Shown here: positions 15,075-25,804 of the stretch, piece after piece | How positions within the stretch are numbered: the first letter of the stretch is position 1 | How the letters are laid out: every line of letters begins with the position of its first letter | Assembly (NCBI GenBank): GCA_041649675.1 | Contig: JBAZMQ010000003.1 | Location: 5,335-69,334, forward strand | Source of the DNA: Patescibacteria group bacterium | Lineage (GTDB): Bacteria; Patescibacteriota; Patescibacteriia; Buchananbacterales; UBA6539 | Length of the DNA stretch: 64,000 nucleotides | Direction: 5' to 3' | Notes under the pieces: generated by a model | What the model saw: only the letters and a program-made list of their open reading frames with translations | Told to the model about the DNA's origin: nothing | Database searches by the model: none | Position numbers and translations under genes: made by a program

Positions 15075-15869
15075 ATGAAAATATTATTCTTTGGTGATAT
15101 AATTGGTAAAATTGGCCGTAATGGACTCAAAAAAATCCTGCCGGAATTGAAAGCAGAATTTGAGCCTGATTTGACAATTGCTAATGCCGAAAATTTAGCT
15201 CATGGTTTGGGCGTTACCTCAAAGATTTTACAGGAAATGATTGAATCGGGAATTGATATTTTTACTTCTGGCAATCATGTTTTGTCCAAACCCGAAGCGG
15301 AGAAATTATTGACTGTACCTAATCCAGTTTTACTGCGGCCGGCCAATTACGTGGGCGAATTCCCGGGTGTTGGCTTTAAAGTTATTCCCGTCGGCTCCAA
15401 GTCAGTTTTAGTAATTAATTTGATGGGCCAGGTATTTATTAAAGACAATTTTGATAATCCGTTTCATAAAATTGATGAAATTTTGTATAAGTTTCAAAAG
15501 GATAACTTAGCCGCTATCATCATCGACTTTCACGCTGAAGCGACTTCGGAAAAAGTGGCTTTTGGCTGGTATGTTGACGGGCAAGTTTCGGCGGTTTTAG
15601 GCACTCATACTCATGTGCCAACCGCTGATTTGCGAATTTTGCCCCAAGGGACGGCTTATATTTCTGATGTTGGTATGGTTGGTGCAACTGACTCAGTTAT
15701 TGGTGACAAGAAAGAGCCAATCATCCAATCATTTCTAGCCGGTACTGGACCAGCCATTGAAATACCCGAGGAAGGCGAAGTCACAGTTAATGGTGTCTTT
15801 TTAGAGATTGATGCCAAGACAAAAAAAACGGTAAATTTTAGCCGGGTAGACAGAAAAGTTAAAGTGTAG
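15075..15869 (+). CDS. ymdB: YmdB-like metallophosphoesterase (2',3'-cyclic-nucleotide phosphodiesterase family)
   Basis: MKILFFGDIIGKIGR...ANAEN...GNH...FHAE...GTHTHV is collinear with the YmdB family. Position immediately downstream of rny matches Bacillus synteny. Confidence 0.8.
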   Translation: MKILFFGDIIGKIGRNGLKKILPELKAEFEPDLTIANAENLAHGLGVTSKILQEMIESGIDIFTSGNHVLSKPEAEKLLTVPNPVLLRPANYVGEFPGVGFKVIPVGSKSVLVINLMGQVFIKDNFDNPFHKIDEILYKFQKDNLAAIIIDFHAEATSEKVAFGWYVDGQVSAVLGTHTHVPTADLRILPQGTAYISDVGMVGATDSVIGDKKEPIIQSFLAGTGPAIEIPEEGEVTVNGVFLEIDAKTKKTVNFSRVDRKVKV

Positions 15870-15947
15870 TAACATAGATTTATAATTTAAAAAAATAATT
15901 GTTAACTATATGACTACCCTTGCCGGTAGTCAGGAAGGGGGTGAAAA

Positions 15948-16226
15948 ATGAACAAAGTAGAGCTCGTAGAAGTAATCAGTGAAAAAATTGGTGTTGCCAA
16001 AAAAGAAGTCGAAGATGTCGTTGACGCTTTGACCGACACCATTATCAATAAATTAAAAGAAGGTCAAGAAGTGACTTTGACTGGTTTTGGTGCCTTTTCG
16101 GCCCGAACTAGAAAAGGTCGCGTTGGTGTTAACCCTCGCAATCCTTCAGAAAAGATTGATATTCCTTCAGTGGTGGTTCCAAAATTTAAAGCTGGAAAAA
16201 ACCTTAAGGAAGCGCTAAAGAAATAA
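15948..16226 (+). CDS. hup: DNA-binding protein HU
   Basis: MNKVELVEVISEK...LTGFGAF...RKGRVGVNPRNP. Length 92 aa. Confidence 0.9.
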   Translation: MNKVELVEVISEKIGVAKKEVEDVVDALTDTIINKLKEGQEVTLTGFGAFSARTRKGRVGVNPRNPSEKIDIPSVVVPKFKAGKNLKEALKK

Positions 16227-16239
16227 TTAGCTAAAAATA

Positions 16240-16266
16240 CAAGACCCCGCTAGCGGGGTCTTTTGC
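16240..16266 (+). terminator. rho-independent terminator (agaccccgc-tag-cggggtct plus tttt)
   Basis: Perfect hairpin followed by a T-run after hup. Confidence 0.7.
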
Positions 16267-16283
16267 TATTAAGCCAAAGTTAA

Positions 16284-16688
16284 TTATTCAGTTAGCCATT
16301 TGATGGCTTCTTCTCTGTTTTGAAACGATTCAATCTGTTCTTTTTTACTTGTTAAATTTACGACAAATCTCATAATTGACTGTAACAAAGAGTTGGGAAC
16401 CAAAACCGCTACTTTTTTAATTTGTTCGTAATCTGACATTTTGGCAAAAATTTGCCTGGCTTGTGGGGAGGGATAATGAGCAGATAAACCCAGTGAAGTA
16501 AGGTCAAATATACAGTTAAATTGTTTACCGGAATTCTGGTTTAGAATTTCTTTTAGATTTTCATTAATCAATTCAGCCTGTTTAACATTAGAGGTTACAT
16601 CATTAACACCGTTAATCATTTTAATATTAATGATCTCATCTTCTAATGAGATTTTAAAAGTATTTTTTAAATTTTGGTCAGATTCCAT
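16284..16688 (-). CDS. hypothetical protein, possibly STAS-like
   Basis: 134 aa. KKVAVLVPNSLLQSIMRFV loosely resembles STAS / anti-sigma antagonist folds. Weak. Confidence 0.35.
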   Translation of the reverse strand: MESDQNLKNTFKISLEDEIINIKMINGVNDVTSNVKQAELINENLKEILNQNSGKQFNCIFDLTSLGLSAHYPSPQARQIFAKMSDYEQIKKVAVLVPNSLLQSIMRFVVNLTSKKEQIESFQNREEAIKWLTE

Positions 16689-16775
16689 ATTTTTTCTCCT
16701 TAATATTAGTATACCGCAAAAACAAAAAAACCTCTAATGCTAGAGATTTTTTCAATTCAATCCTGAACTAAATTC

Positions 16776-16823
16776 GCACCCGAAAGGATTTGAACCTTTA
16801 ACCCCTTGGTCTCCCGCGCAAAC
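16776..16823 (-). repeat. tRNA-like 3' fragment (T-arm aaagg-ttcaaat-ccttt plus acceptor-like cgggtgcga) abutting the 3' end of tRNA-Arg
   Basis: Reverse complement reads ...ggggttaaaggttcaaatcctttcgggtgcga. No matching 5' half. Confidence 0.45.
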
Positions 16824-16896
16824 CGCGCCCAGTAGGAGTCGAACCTACAACCTTCTGGTCCGAAGCCAGACGCTCTATCCATTGAGCTATAGGCGC
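16824..16896 (-). tRNA. tRNA-Arg (anticodon TCG)
   Basis: Reverse complement: gcgccta-tagctcaatggatagagc-gtctgg-cttcgga-ccagaa-ggttgtagg-ttcgact-cctac-tgggcgc. Anticodon loop ctTCGga. Confidence 0.8.
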
Positions 16897-16957
16897 GGTT
16901 TGTTCGGGATAAACTCTATCCGAGCGGAAAGTTGTTAATATGTATAGTTATTCTTAT

Positions 16958-17033
16958 TGGTGGGCGCAGCAGGACTCGAACCTGCGACCGTCTCCTTAAG
17001 AGGGAGCAGCTCTACCAACTGAGCTATGCGCCC
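16958..17033 (-). tRNA. tRNA-Lys (anticodon CTT), CCA encoded
   Basis: Reverse complement: gggcgca-tagctcagttggtagagc-tgctcc-ctcttaa-ggaga...gcagg-ttcgagt-cctgc-tgcgccc-acca. Anticodon loop ctCTTaa. The anticodon stem has one mismatch. Confidence 0.7.
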
Positions 17034-17194
17034 AAGTTACTATAATTATTTAGATTGTGCTGGATAGATCTTATTAATCAGCTTTGTCATTCTGAGGGAA
17101 TAAAGAATTATTGGAATTGTTTGACTCTCTTTTGAGGTATAGACTTAGCTAATCTTTTGTTTCTAACTTCAATAAGATATCACGAAATTAATAA

Positions 17195-17232
17195 AAAATC
17201 AACCCCAGACTTATTTAGGGGTTGATTTTTAG
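17195..17232. terminator. bidirectional rho-independent terminator (aaaaatcaaccccagacttatttaggggttgattttt)
   Basis: Inverted repeat flanked by A-run and T-run, downstream of pilT on the minus strand. Confidence 0.6.
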
Positions 17233-17233
17233 A

Positions 17234-18274
17234 CTAGTCAATTAAGTCCGGAGTAGACATGTGGGATTGAGCGGTCTCTTTATTAATTATCCCTGCATTG
17301 TAAAGATTGATTAGATTTTGATCCATGGTAATCATTCCCTCTTTGGCACTGGTTTGAATCACTGTTTTGATTTGGGCAATTTTATTTTCCCGAATCAAAT
17401 TGGCAATTGCGGGTGTGTTGATTAAAATTTCGCGGCTGGCAACCCGGCCACCTTTTTCTTTTGGAATTAATTGTTGCGAGATGATTGCCTTTAAGGTCAT
17501 TGAAACTTGCAATCTGATTTGTTGCTGTTGGTGGGAGGGAAAAATATCAATAATACGATCAATGGTTTGGGCCGCATTATGAGTGTGTAAAGTTGCTAAT
17601 ACCAAATGGCCGGTCTCGGCTAAAGTAATAGTAGCGGCAATTGTTTCCAAGTCACGCATCTCACCGACCATAATAACATTAGGATCTTGGCGCAAGACAT
17701 GAATAAGAGCGCTTTCAAAAGTAATCATATCGGTATGCAACTGTCGTTGTTTGATAATACTTTTGTCTGGCTGAAATAAAAATTCAATTGGATCTTCTAG
17801 GGTAATGATATTAGCTGAACGATTGGCATTAATATAATTAATCATAGCGGCCAAAGTAGTTGATTTACCACAGCCAGTTGGCCCAGTAGTCAGAATTAAG
17901 CCCTGATTTAAACCAAGTAACTTGTAAGCAATTTCTGGCATTTCAATATCTTTCATGGTAGGAATTTCTGCCGAAATTACCCTGGCAACCAAACCGAGGT
18001 TATCTTTTTCCCAATGCAAGTTAACGCGGAACCGCTGGCCAGTTTTTATTTCATAAGATAAATCCAATTCGCGATTATTTAAAAAAGCTTCTTTCTGTTT
18101 TTCAGTCAACATTGGATAAATTAAATCCTCGGCAATCTTGTTGGTAATTTTTCCCTGACTTTTTATTGGTTGTAATTGGCCGTCAATTCTTAAAACTGGT
18201 GGCATGCCGCAAACCAAATGTAAATCGGAAGCTTTTTGGTCAACGGCAATTTTAAATAAATCGTCAATTTTCAT
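17234..18274 (-). CDS. pilT: type IV pilus retraction ATPase
   Basis: Walker A GPTGCGKSTT, TLEDPIEF. PilT-length 346 aa. AIANLIRE near the C-terminus. Confidence 0.9.
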   Translation of the reverse strand: MKIDDLFKIAVDQKASDLHLVCGMPPVLRIDGQLQPIKSQGKITNKIAEDLIYPMLTEKQKEAFLNNRELDLSYEIKTGQRFRVNLHWEKDNLGLVARVISAEIPTMKDIEMPEIAYKLLGLNQGLILTTGPTGCGKSTTLAAMINYINANRSANIITLEDPIEFLFQPDKSIIKQRQLHTDMITFESALIHVLRQDPNVIMVGEMRDLETIAATITLAETGHLVLATLHTHNAAQTIDRIIDIFPSHQQQQIRLQVSMTLKAIISQQLIPKEKGGRVASREILINTPAIANLIRENKIAQIKTVIQTSAKEGMITMDQNLINLYNAGIINKETAQSHMSTPDLID

Positions 18275-18295
18275 ATTAAAAAATTATTAGTTAAC

Positions 18296-19204
18296 TTATT
18301 GGTTAGTTTCTTGTTTTAAAGCAAAAAGTATTCCATAGACAGTGTTAGGTGAATATTTTTGTTGAATTTCTAGAAGTTCTTCTTTAAATAGTTGAGCCAA
18401 AGGTCCTTTGTCATTTTTAAATGCTATATCACTAGATTCAATTGGCGCCATGGCGCTTTCCCTTTGGAAAACCTGGTAGCCTAATGGCGGGGTGACACCT
18501 TTAACTAAATAATCGTCTTTGTTTAAGTCATCTAATTCTTCGGCAAAAATTTTGCATTTTTCCAATTCGTCATCTGGTCCGGTTTCGGCCAATGAGCCGT
18601 TTTTATGACCGCCAAAATAAAATTTTAACCCCATTCTTTTGCAGGCTTCCGAGTAACTTTCCGCCATGGCTGGAGTGGCCGACAAGGCCCCAAAAGCATT
18701 GAAGTCTTCTTGGTTAAAATGCTGGCATACTAGTTCTTGGCAGATTCCTTTATTTCGGTGTGCTAAATCGGTATAAGCTAAAGACAGGTAGCTGACCGAA
18801 TTAAGTTTAGGTTGGTCAGGATAATTGTAAGTTTCACTGGCCAAAAAGCTGACTAGTCGGTTGTTTTGATCAGCTACGACGACAATTCTGTCAGCTCGAC
18901 CGATATCGGCGTTAATAATGTTGTCAGTTAATACTCTTGATCTTTCTTGGGGGTTATCGCCGTCATAAACATCGGGACCGGTTTTATCATCATAAATTCT
19001 GACAACAGCATCACCAAAAAAATCAAGTATTTTTTCTGCTTCTTCTTTTGACTCCCATTGTTCCCTATCTTTTATTATGATTTCAAATAATTGTAAGTCT
19101 TTTAAAACTTCTGCCTCAGAATTAAAATCAACAATATCGGCCGATTTTAAGGTTGCCCGGAGTTGTTCTTTGATTGGTTTGGGCCTATTTTCTCTTTCAA
19201 CCAT
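18296..19204 (-). CDS. hypothetical protein (possible GNAT-like fold)
   Basis: 302 aa. HRNKGICQELV resembles the acetyl-CoA binding motif A. Weak. Confidence 0.4.
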   Translation of the reverse strand: MVERENRPKPIKEQLRATLKSADIVDFNSEAEVLKDLQLFEIIIKDREQWESKEEAEKILDFFGDAVVRIYDDKTGPDVYDGDNPQERSRVLTDNIINADIGRADRIVVVADQNNRLVSFLASETYNYPDQPKLNSVSYLSLAYTDLAHRNKGICQELVCQHFNQEDFNAFGALSATPAMAESYSEACKRMGLKFYFGGHKNGSLAETGPDDELEKCKIFAEELDDLNKDDYLVKGVTPPLGYQVFQRESAMAPIESSDIAFKNDKGPLAQLFKEELLEIQQKYSPNTVYGILFALKQETNQ

Positions 19205-19224
19205 AAAGGTTATAAGAAATATTT

Positions 19225-19920
19225 TTACTTATCCCAATTTTTTTTCTTTAGTCCGACAGCAGCCGCTTTAACCTGAGCTTCTTGCTTGCTGGAGCCACTG
19301 GCCGTGGCGATTAATTCTTGGTCCAAATAAACTCCAACCTGGAATTTTTTTGCGTGATCCGGGCCACTTTCTTTTATTACGTTATAAGTTGGAGTAATAC
19401 CCAATTTTTCCTGGGCGATTTCTTGAAATTTACTTTTAGGATCTAAATAAAGTTGATTGGATAGAATATGTGGTAGTTCGGGCAGTAAGAATGTATGAAT
19501 AAATTGTTCAGCGACTTGATAGCCCTGGTCAAGATAAATTGAGCCAATAAGGGCCTCAAAAGCATTGGCTAAAATATAGTTTCTAGCCTTACTGTTTGTG
19601 TCTTTGGCTTCGCCTTTGCTTAAGTAAAGGTATGCCTCCAAATCAATTTTTTTAGCGATTTTTGAAAGCATTTGGCTATTAACCAAACTGGCTCGCCAGT
19701 TGGTTAGTTCGCCTTCTGGATTGGGATAATTTTGGTAGAGGTATTCGGTGACAACCAATTCCAAAACAGCATCACCTAGAAATTCCATTCGTTCATTATG
19801 ATTAATACCAAACCCTGGATTTTCGTTAATATAGGATCGGTGAACAAAAGCTTGCTTGAGCAAGTCGGAATTTTTAAATTTAATTTTTACTCTTTTTTCT
19901 AGTTGGGAAAAATCTTTCAT
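19225..19920 (-). CDS. rnc: ribonuclease III
   Basis: Signature ERMEFLGDAVLELVVTEYLY. C-terminal dsRBD. Length 231 aa. Confidence 0.9.
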   Translation of the reverse strand: MKDFSQLEKRVKIKFKNSDLLKQAFVHRSYINENPGFGINHNERMEFLGDAVLELVVTEYLYQNYPNPEGELTNWRASLVNSQMLSKIAKKIDLEAYLYLSKGEAKDTNSKARNYILANAFEALIGSIYLDQGYQVAEQFIHTFLLPELPHILSNQLYLDPKSKFQEIAQEKLGITPTYNVIKESGPDHAKKFQVGVYLDQELIATASGSSKQEAQVKAAAVGLKKKNWDK

Positions 19921-20012
19921 GTTAGTTAGCTTGTAGCTTGTCCCGACTCTTTAGTCGGGATTCCGAATTTACATCGGGATAGCTTGTAGCTTGTAGGTAA
20001 TGTTGTATTAAA
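19921..20012. repeat. tagcttgtagcttgt direct repeats flanking cccgac hairpins
   Basis: gttagcttgtagcttgt-cccgactctttagtcggga-ttccgaatttacatcggga-tagcttgtagcttgtagg between rnc and nusB. Confidence 0.6.
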
Positions 20013-20041
20013 CCTAAAAGCTGTAAACTAAAAACTAATAT

Positions 20042-20521
20042 TTATGAATTAGTAGTTGGTTTGGCTGGCTTAGTTTCTGCTTCTACGGCCTGGCCTTTTT
20101 CATTTAGTATTTCTTTGTAGATGGTGCCTAAAACGCCGTTAACAAATTTACCGGATGATTCACCGCCAAAAGTTTTTGCCAATTCAATTGCTTCGTTAAT
20201 AGCAACTTTTTCTGGAATGTCGGGATCAAATCTCATTTCTTGAATGCCAATCCGTAAAACATTTCGGTCAACCATGGTAATTTGTTCAATTGGCCATTCT
20301 GGTGCATATTTAGCGATAAGTTTATCAATCTCTGGCTGATTTTTTACCACGCCATTTACTAAATGTTCAATAAAGCCGTTATCGTCAAATTGCGGCGCAA
20401 ATTCTTTTAGGTTACGTTTAATACTGCCAGCCAGTTTTTGGGCATCATCATAACGATTATTAAAATCCCATTGGTAAAGAGTTTGCAGGGCAATGGTACG
20501 GGCTAAATGGCGATTAGACAT
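20042..20521 (-). CDS. nusB: transcription antitermination factor NusB
   Basis: [20 protein letters not shown]...[13 protein letters not shown] pattern. Length 159 aa. Confidence 0.85.
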   Translation of the reverse strand: MSNRHLARTIALQTLYQWDFNNRYDDAQKLAGSIKRNLKEFAPQFDDNGFIEHLVNGVVKNQPEIDKLIAKYAPEWPIEQITMVDRNVLRIGIQEMRFDPDIPEKVAINEAIELAKTFGGESSGKFVNGVLGTIYKEILNEKGQAVEAETKPAKPTTNS

Positions 20522-20599
20522 AGTTGGTTTAAGCTCTAGGGTTTTAGGCCTCAGGTTAGTTTTTTAAAAAACTAGAGCCTAGTGCCTAATAGCTAGATA

Positions 20600-20800
20600 T
20601 TATTTTTTCTCTCTCTTCTTTTTAGTTTTAAGTTTAATAACTTCCTTGCCTTTGTAGCTGCCGCAATTTGGGCAAACTCGGTGAGGTATGGTTGGTTTTT
20701 TACATTTTGGGCATTTGACCAATTTGTTTTTAGTTAAAGCGTCATGGGCACGATTTCTTCGGCCTCTTGACCTGCTTCTTCGTTTGGCTGGTACTGGCAT
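20600..20800 (-). CDS. rpmF: 50S ribosomal protein L32 with a Lys-rich C-terminal extension
   Basis: MPVPAKRRSRSRGRRNRAH plus a C-x2-C...C-x2-C zinc ribbon. Confidence 0.85.
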   Translation of the reverse strand: MPVPAKRRSRSRGRRNRAHDALTKNKLVKCPKCKKPTIPHRVCPNCGSYKGKEVIKLKTKKKREKK

Positions 20801-20841
20801 AATATTTATATTTTACTTTATTAATTAGTTTTTATCAATTT

Positions 20842-23379
20842 TTAGACAAAAGTAGCTGAAGCGACGGAATCTTTTTCTTCTTTGAATTTCATCAATCTAA
20901 CCCCTTGAGTGGCCCGGCCTAAAATATTTACGGCCTTTAACGGCAGACGGATGACCTGACCTTTGCAAGAAATGATGATAATATCTTCTTCTAAGGCTTT
21001 TGAATTTACAATCGTGGCAGCGACAATTTGGCCGGTTTTAGGCGTAATTTTGGCAGTTTTAATGCCCGACCCGCCGCGGCCCTGGACTTTGTAGTTGGAT
21101 AGATTGCTTCTCTTGCCAAAGCCGTTGGCCATCAAAATTAATAGTTGACCGATTTTACTGATGGTTGAATCAACCACATCCAAACTGACGACTTGGTCAT
21201 TGCCTTTTAATCTAATGCCTCGGACGCCAGAAGCGGCTCGACCCATGGCCCTGACCTGACTTTCTCTAAACCTAATTGCTTGCCCGCCTGAACTGACTAA
21301 CATAATTTCATCTTTGCCCGTTGACGGTTTAACCCATTCAAGTTCATCGTTCTTTTTCAATCTAATAGCAATTAAGCCTGAGCGTCTAATGTTGTCAAAG
21401 TCAGATAGTTCAACTTTTTTTATGTTACCTTTGGCCGTTGCCATGACTAAAAATTTGTAATCGCCTAGCTCGCTTAAAGGTAAAGCTGAAGAAATTTTTT
21501 CATCCGGAGCTAATTGTAAGAAATTAACAATTGCTTGGCCTTTGGCGGTTCTTGAACCTTTAGGAATATCATAAGCTTTAAGTTGGAACACTCGGCCTTT
21601 GGTAGTGAAAAATAAAATGTCAGAATGAGTGGTAGTGGTAAAGAATTGCTCAACAATGTCTTCTTCCTTGGTGGTTAAGCCAGCCACACCTTTGCCGCCG
21701 CGGCCTTGAGTTTTGAAAGTCTCTGGCGGTAACCGTTTAATATAGCCGTCTTTGGTAATGGTAATAATTGTATCTTCGTCCGGAATCAAATCTTCAGTTG
21801 TAAAGTCTTTGGCACCGTGAGCTACAATTTGAGTTCTTCTCTCATCGCCGTATTTTTCTCTAATCTCCCCTAGCTCTTTTTTAATAATATTTAAAATTTT
21901 ACTGGCCGATTTAAGGATTGATTCCAAGTCTTTTATCAATTCCAGCTTTTCTTTTAGCTCCTGCTCAATCTTTAATCTTTCCAAGTTAGCCAATTGTTGT
22001 AATCGCATTTCCAATATTGCTACGGCCTGTCTCTCGCTTAGCTTGAACTTCTTAATCAAATTGATTTTTGCGATATCTTTATCTTTGGATTGCTTAATGG
22101 TTTTGATTATCTCATCAATTTTTGCCAAAGCCATTTTTAAACCTTCTAAAATATGAGCTCGGTCTTTAGCTTTGTTCAAATCATATTCAGTTCTGGCGCG
22201 AATGACTTTTTGTCGATGTTTTAGATACTCTTCTAAAATCATTTTCAAAGTCAAAACTCGCGGCTGAATGCCGTCAATTAAAGCCAGCATGTTGGAATGA
22301 AAAGTTGTTTGCAATTCAGTTAGTTTGAATAATGAATTCAAAACCTTTTTCGGATAAGCATCCTTTTTTAACTCAATGACAACTCTTACTCCCTCTTTTG
22401 AAGATTCGTCTCGCAAATCCTTGATGCCGTCAAGTCTTTTGTCTTTAACCAGTTCGGCAATTTTTTCCAAAAGGGTAGCTTTGTTAATTTGGTAAGGAAC
22501 TTCCGAAACGATAATTTTAAAACTATCACCTTTACCTTCAACAATTTCCGCTTTGGCGCGCAAAACTACTCCGCCCTTACCGGTAGCATACATTTGTTTA
22601 ATTGCACTATTGTCAAAAATAATGCCGCCGGTTGGAAAATCTGGTCCTTTAACAAAATTCATCAAATCATCAACATTAGCATCAGGGTGGTCAATCAAAT
22701 AAGTAGTAGCATCAATTACCTCGGTTAAATTATGGGGAGCAATATTGGTTGCCATGCCAACGGCAATACCCATGGTGCCGTTAATTAAAAGATTTGGCAG
22801 CTTAGCCGGCAGTAAATTTGGCTCCTTGTGGGAACCGTCGTAGTTAGGAATAAAATCAACCGTTTCTTTTTCAATATCTGATAAAAGTTCTTCGGAAATA
22901 TTAGCCAATTTAGCTTCAGTATAACGCATGGCTGCCGCACCATCGCCGTCCATTGAGCCGAAGTTACCTTGACCTTTAATCAAAGGATAGCGCAAAGAAA
23001 AATCTTGGGCCATTCTAACCATGGAATCATAAACGGCCGCATCACCATGCGGATGATATTTGCCTAACACTTCACCAACGACGGTAGCTGATTTTCGGAA
23101 TTTTGCTCCAGGCTTTAAACCAATATTCCACATGGCATACAAAATCCGGCGGTGAACTGGTTTTAAACCGTCACGCACATCCGGCAAAGCCCGGGCAATA
23201 ATTACAGACATGGCATAATCCAAATAAGACTCCTGCATTTCTTCAACAATTGGCCGTTTAACCAATTTGCCGATCCCTACTTTTTCGTTTGGAATCTCCA
23301 ATTGTTGTGGTTTTGCCGCTTCGGGCTTAGGCGTATTTTTTGGATTTAGTTTTTTGGCTTTCTTGTTAATTTTTGGCAT
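20842..23379 (-). CDS. gyrA: DNA gyrase subunit A
   Basis: [14 protein letters not shown] active-site region and the GyrA-box QGRGGKG are present. C-terminal beta-pinwheel repeats. Lys-rich N-terminal extension of about 40 aa. Confidence 0.93.
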   Translation of the reverse strand: MPKINKKAKKLNPKNTPKPEAAKPQQLEIPNEKVGIGKLVKRPIVEEMQESYLDYAMSVIIARALPDVRDGLKPVHRRILYAMWNIGLKPGAKFRKSATVVGEVLGKYHPHGDAAVYDSMVRMAQDFSLRYPLIKGQGNFGSMDGDGAAAMRYTEAKLANISEELLSDIEKETVDFIPNYDGSHKEPNLLPAKLPNLLINGTMGIAVGMATNIAPHNLTEVIDATTYLIDHPDANVDDLMNFVKGPDFPTGGIIFDNSAIKQMYATGKGGVVLRAKAEIVEGKGDSFKIIVSEVPYQINKATLLEKIAELVKDKRLDGIKDLRDESSKEGVRVVIELKKDAYPKKVLNSLFKLTELQTTFHSNMLALIDGIQPRVLTLKMILEEYLKHRQKVIRARTEYDLNKAKDRAHILEGLKMALAKIDEIIKTIKQSKDKDIAKINLIKKFKLSERQAVAILEMRLQQLANLERLKIEQELKEKLELIKDLESILKSASKILNIIKKELGEIREKYGDERRTQIVAHGAKDFTTEDLIPDEDTIITITKDGYIKRLPPETFKTQGRGGKGVAGLTTKEEDIVEQFFTTTTHSDILFFTTKGRVFQLKAYDIPKGSRTAKGQAIVNFLQLAPDEKISSALPLSELGDYKFLVMATAKGNIKKVELSDFDNIRRSGLIAIRLKKNDELEWVKPSTGKDEIMLVSSGGQAIRFRESQVRAMGRAASGVRGIRLKGNDQVVSLDVVDSTISKIGQLLILMANGFGKRSNLSNYKVQGRGGSGIKTAKITPKTGQIVAATIVNSKALEEDIIIISCKGQVIRLPLKAVNILGRATQGVRLMKFKEEKDSVASATFV

Positions 23380-23392
23380 ATCCTAAAATAGT

Positions 23393-24055
23393 TTATTTAT
23401 TGAATTTAAAGGTTTGGACCATTAAATTCGTTGAGGTATTATTAATAAAATCAAATATGACTAAAAAATAATCATCTTTTTGCCAGTAATTTTTAACTCC
23501 AGAGAGTTGGGAAAAATCGGACAGCAGGTCATATTTTTTAATCTTTACTGTTTTATCAGTTTCCGTGTTTTTAAAACTGACAATCAAATTTTTGCTATCA
23601 TTATCAGTTGGTTGGGCTATTGTTAATTCGGCCGGATATTTAATTATAAAATTGTTTTTGGTATTAGAATATATTTGCCAGTCGGCAGTTTCATTAGCTA
23701 ATAATTTATCTTTTATCGTTGTAACTTGATCAGCCGTTAGTTCCGTTGTACTGGTTGGTGCCAATTGGTTAAGCCCTTGTTTGGTTTTATCCAAAATTAG
23801 TTTGGTATTATTTGAAAAATCAGCTAGGTCTTTGGCTAATGAATTCCAATTGGCATCTGAAGCTGGTTGTTGAACAATATTTAATACGTCTTTTAAGGAA
23901 AACAACCAAATGGAAATTACGGCCAACATTAAAATAATGATTGAAACTAAAAAAATTGATTTTCTGGTTTCTTCTGGCAGATTCTCAATTTTAAATGGTT
24001 CTTTTTTTTTCACAAAGGGATTATCTAGATTTTCCAATCTCTTTTTAAAAAACAT
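23393..24055 (-). CDS. hypothetical membrane-anchored protein
   Basis: One N-terminal TM helix. No motif. Confidence 0.45.
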   Translation of the reverse strand: MFFKKRLENLDNPFVKKKEPFKIENLPEETRKSIFLVSIIILMLAVISIWLFSLKDVLNIVQQPASDANWNSLAKDLADFSNNTKLILDKTKQGLNQLAPTSTTELTADQVTTIKDKLLANETADWQIYSNTKNNFIIKYPAELTIAQPTDNDSKNLIVSFKNTETDKTVKIKKYDLLSDFSQLSGVKNYWQKDDYFLVIFDFINNTSTNLMVQTFKFNK

Positions 24056-24058
24056 ATT

Positions 24059-24712
24059 TTATGGTTGCATGATAACCACTTGCATATTATCGTTGGGCAA
24101 ATCCTTTTTGGTGATTTTTAGCTTGTTGATTTTTTCTTTAGGGCAAACACCAATTTCTTTACAAAATGAATTAACGTTATCCAACTTATTTTTAACTTTT
24201 AACTCCGGCAAATCATAATGCATCGGGATAACTAAACGTGGTTCAACCTGACTAATTATTTCCGTTGCTTTCTTCGCATTAATAGTATAAACGCCACCGA
24301 CTGGAATCATTAGTATATCTACCCCCTCTAATTTTTCCACTTGTTCGTCTGTTAAAGTATGGCCCAAATCACCCAAATGGGCCAAGCTAATGCCATCAAT
24401 TTCAATTCGATAAATAATATTTTTACCCTGATCCTTGCCCTCATTAGCATCATGATAAGAATTAATACCATAAATAAAAATATTTTTTACTTCATACTCC
24501 CCTGGTTGATCAATAATAAAAGGTTGGTCGGTGTTAAGGCCTTTGACTCCTTCTAAATTATTATGATCATAATGTTGGTGACTGATAGTTACCACATCAG
24601 TGGCTAATCGTGGCAATTTTAGGCCTAAAGTTTTATCAAACGGATCGGTAACCAAAACGCAATTTTGGCCTTCTAATTTAAAGCAAGATTGTCCAAACCA
24701 AGTAATAATCAT
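24059..24712 (-). CDS. MBL-fold metallo-hydrolase
   Basis: HQHYDHNN (HxHxDH) and the LGDLGH motif. Length 217 aa. Confidence 0.75.
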   Translation of the reverse strand: MIITWFGQSCFKLEGQNCVLVTDPFDKTLGLKLPRLATDVVTISHQHYDHNNLEGVKGLNTDQPFIIDQPGEYEVKNIFIYGINSYHDANEGKDQGKNIIYRIEIDGISLAHLGDLGHTLTDEQVEKLEGVDILMIPVGGVYTINAKKATEIISQVEPRLVIPMHYDLPELKVKNKLDNVNSFCKEIGVCPKEKINKLKITKKDLPNDNMQVVIMQP

Positions 24713-25042
24713 AAATATAATGCTAATTAATAATAATTTATATGTTTACCTGCTACTCAGGCAGGAATGCTGTTAAAAATAAACATAAAATGCGAATTTT
24801 TCAGCCATTATATTCGTATCATTCGCATCAATTCGCCCACCTGCCATAATATTTTTACCAAATTTTTAAGTCAGTAAAATCAAAATTTATCTGCAGATAA
24901 TTTAGGCAGTTATTGGCTGGTAGATGTATTCGCATTATGTTATTTTGTTACTTTTATTTTAGCAAATTATTCATAAATTGGCAAGAAAAAATGCCATAAA
25001 ATTATGGCTAATTTAAGCCAAAATTATTGGTTATTTAAGAGC

Positions 25043-25804
25043 CTAATCAAAATCAATATCTTCTAGTTGGTTTTGGGGTTTTTTTGTATTTGGAGTAAGC
25101 TTTGAAGTTTGGTTTAGTTGCTGGCTGGGTAAAGGATTTTGAGTTTTATTTTCAATCGGTCTGTTGGTTTGTTGGTCGGATTCCGAGGCAAAATCACTCT
25201 CATTTTGGCTTAATCTGGAAAGTTGCTTAAGTAATTCATCGCTAAGATCAGCTTCTTTAATCTTTGCTGCCGCTAAAATTGGATTAGAAATTTTGGTCGC
25301 ATTTTGTCCGGCCACACCGCGAATATCATCAGTAACAAAATTTACTGCCCGCTGGGTTGGACCTTTGGATTCTGGGGCTGGTTTGGCTGTATTATCACTT
25401 TTATTACCACTGATGCTGTAACTATCAACAACGGCATCAAAAACTTTTTTATCAGCGGCGGAAAAATAAACTTTTTTACCAGAAGCATCCTTGAATCCAT
25501 ATTTTTTTAAATTATAGCTATGCTCCTTAAGCCGCCGGACTTGTTTATAGCTTAAACCTTTGGAATATTTAGATAATTTAGATACGGCATCACCAACAGC
25601 TCTTCTCGTTTCACCAAGTTCTGAATCGCCAAAAAATCGCAGTCGGTGCTCCCGCCGCATTTGGCGTAAATCTTTGGTCAGCCCTGGTTTTTGGCTTACT
25701 TTATTTGGGCTACCGGAGCGAAAAAGTGCTCCAGTTCCTGATTTTGTAACTCCAGTATGACCTTGTAATCTGTTAGTTGCCATATTTTCAGATATCCATT
25801 TCAA
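25043..25804 (-). CDS. hypothetical Lys/Ser-rich low-complexity protein
   Basis: 253 aa. Overlaps the upstream ORF by 17 nt in another frame. Confidence 0.4.
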   Translation of the reverse strand: MKWISENMATNRLQGHTGVTKSGTGALFRSGSPNKVSQKPGLTKDLRQMRREHRLRFFGDSELGETRRAVGDAVSKLSKYSKGLSYKQVRRLKEHSYNLKKYGFKDASGKKVYFSAADKKVFDAVVDSYSISGNKSDNTAKPAPESKGPTQRAVNFVTDDIRGVAGQNATKISNPILAAAKIKEADLSDELLKQLSRLSQNESDFASESDQQTNRPIENKTQNPLPSQQLNQTSKLTPNTKKPQNQLEDIDFD

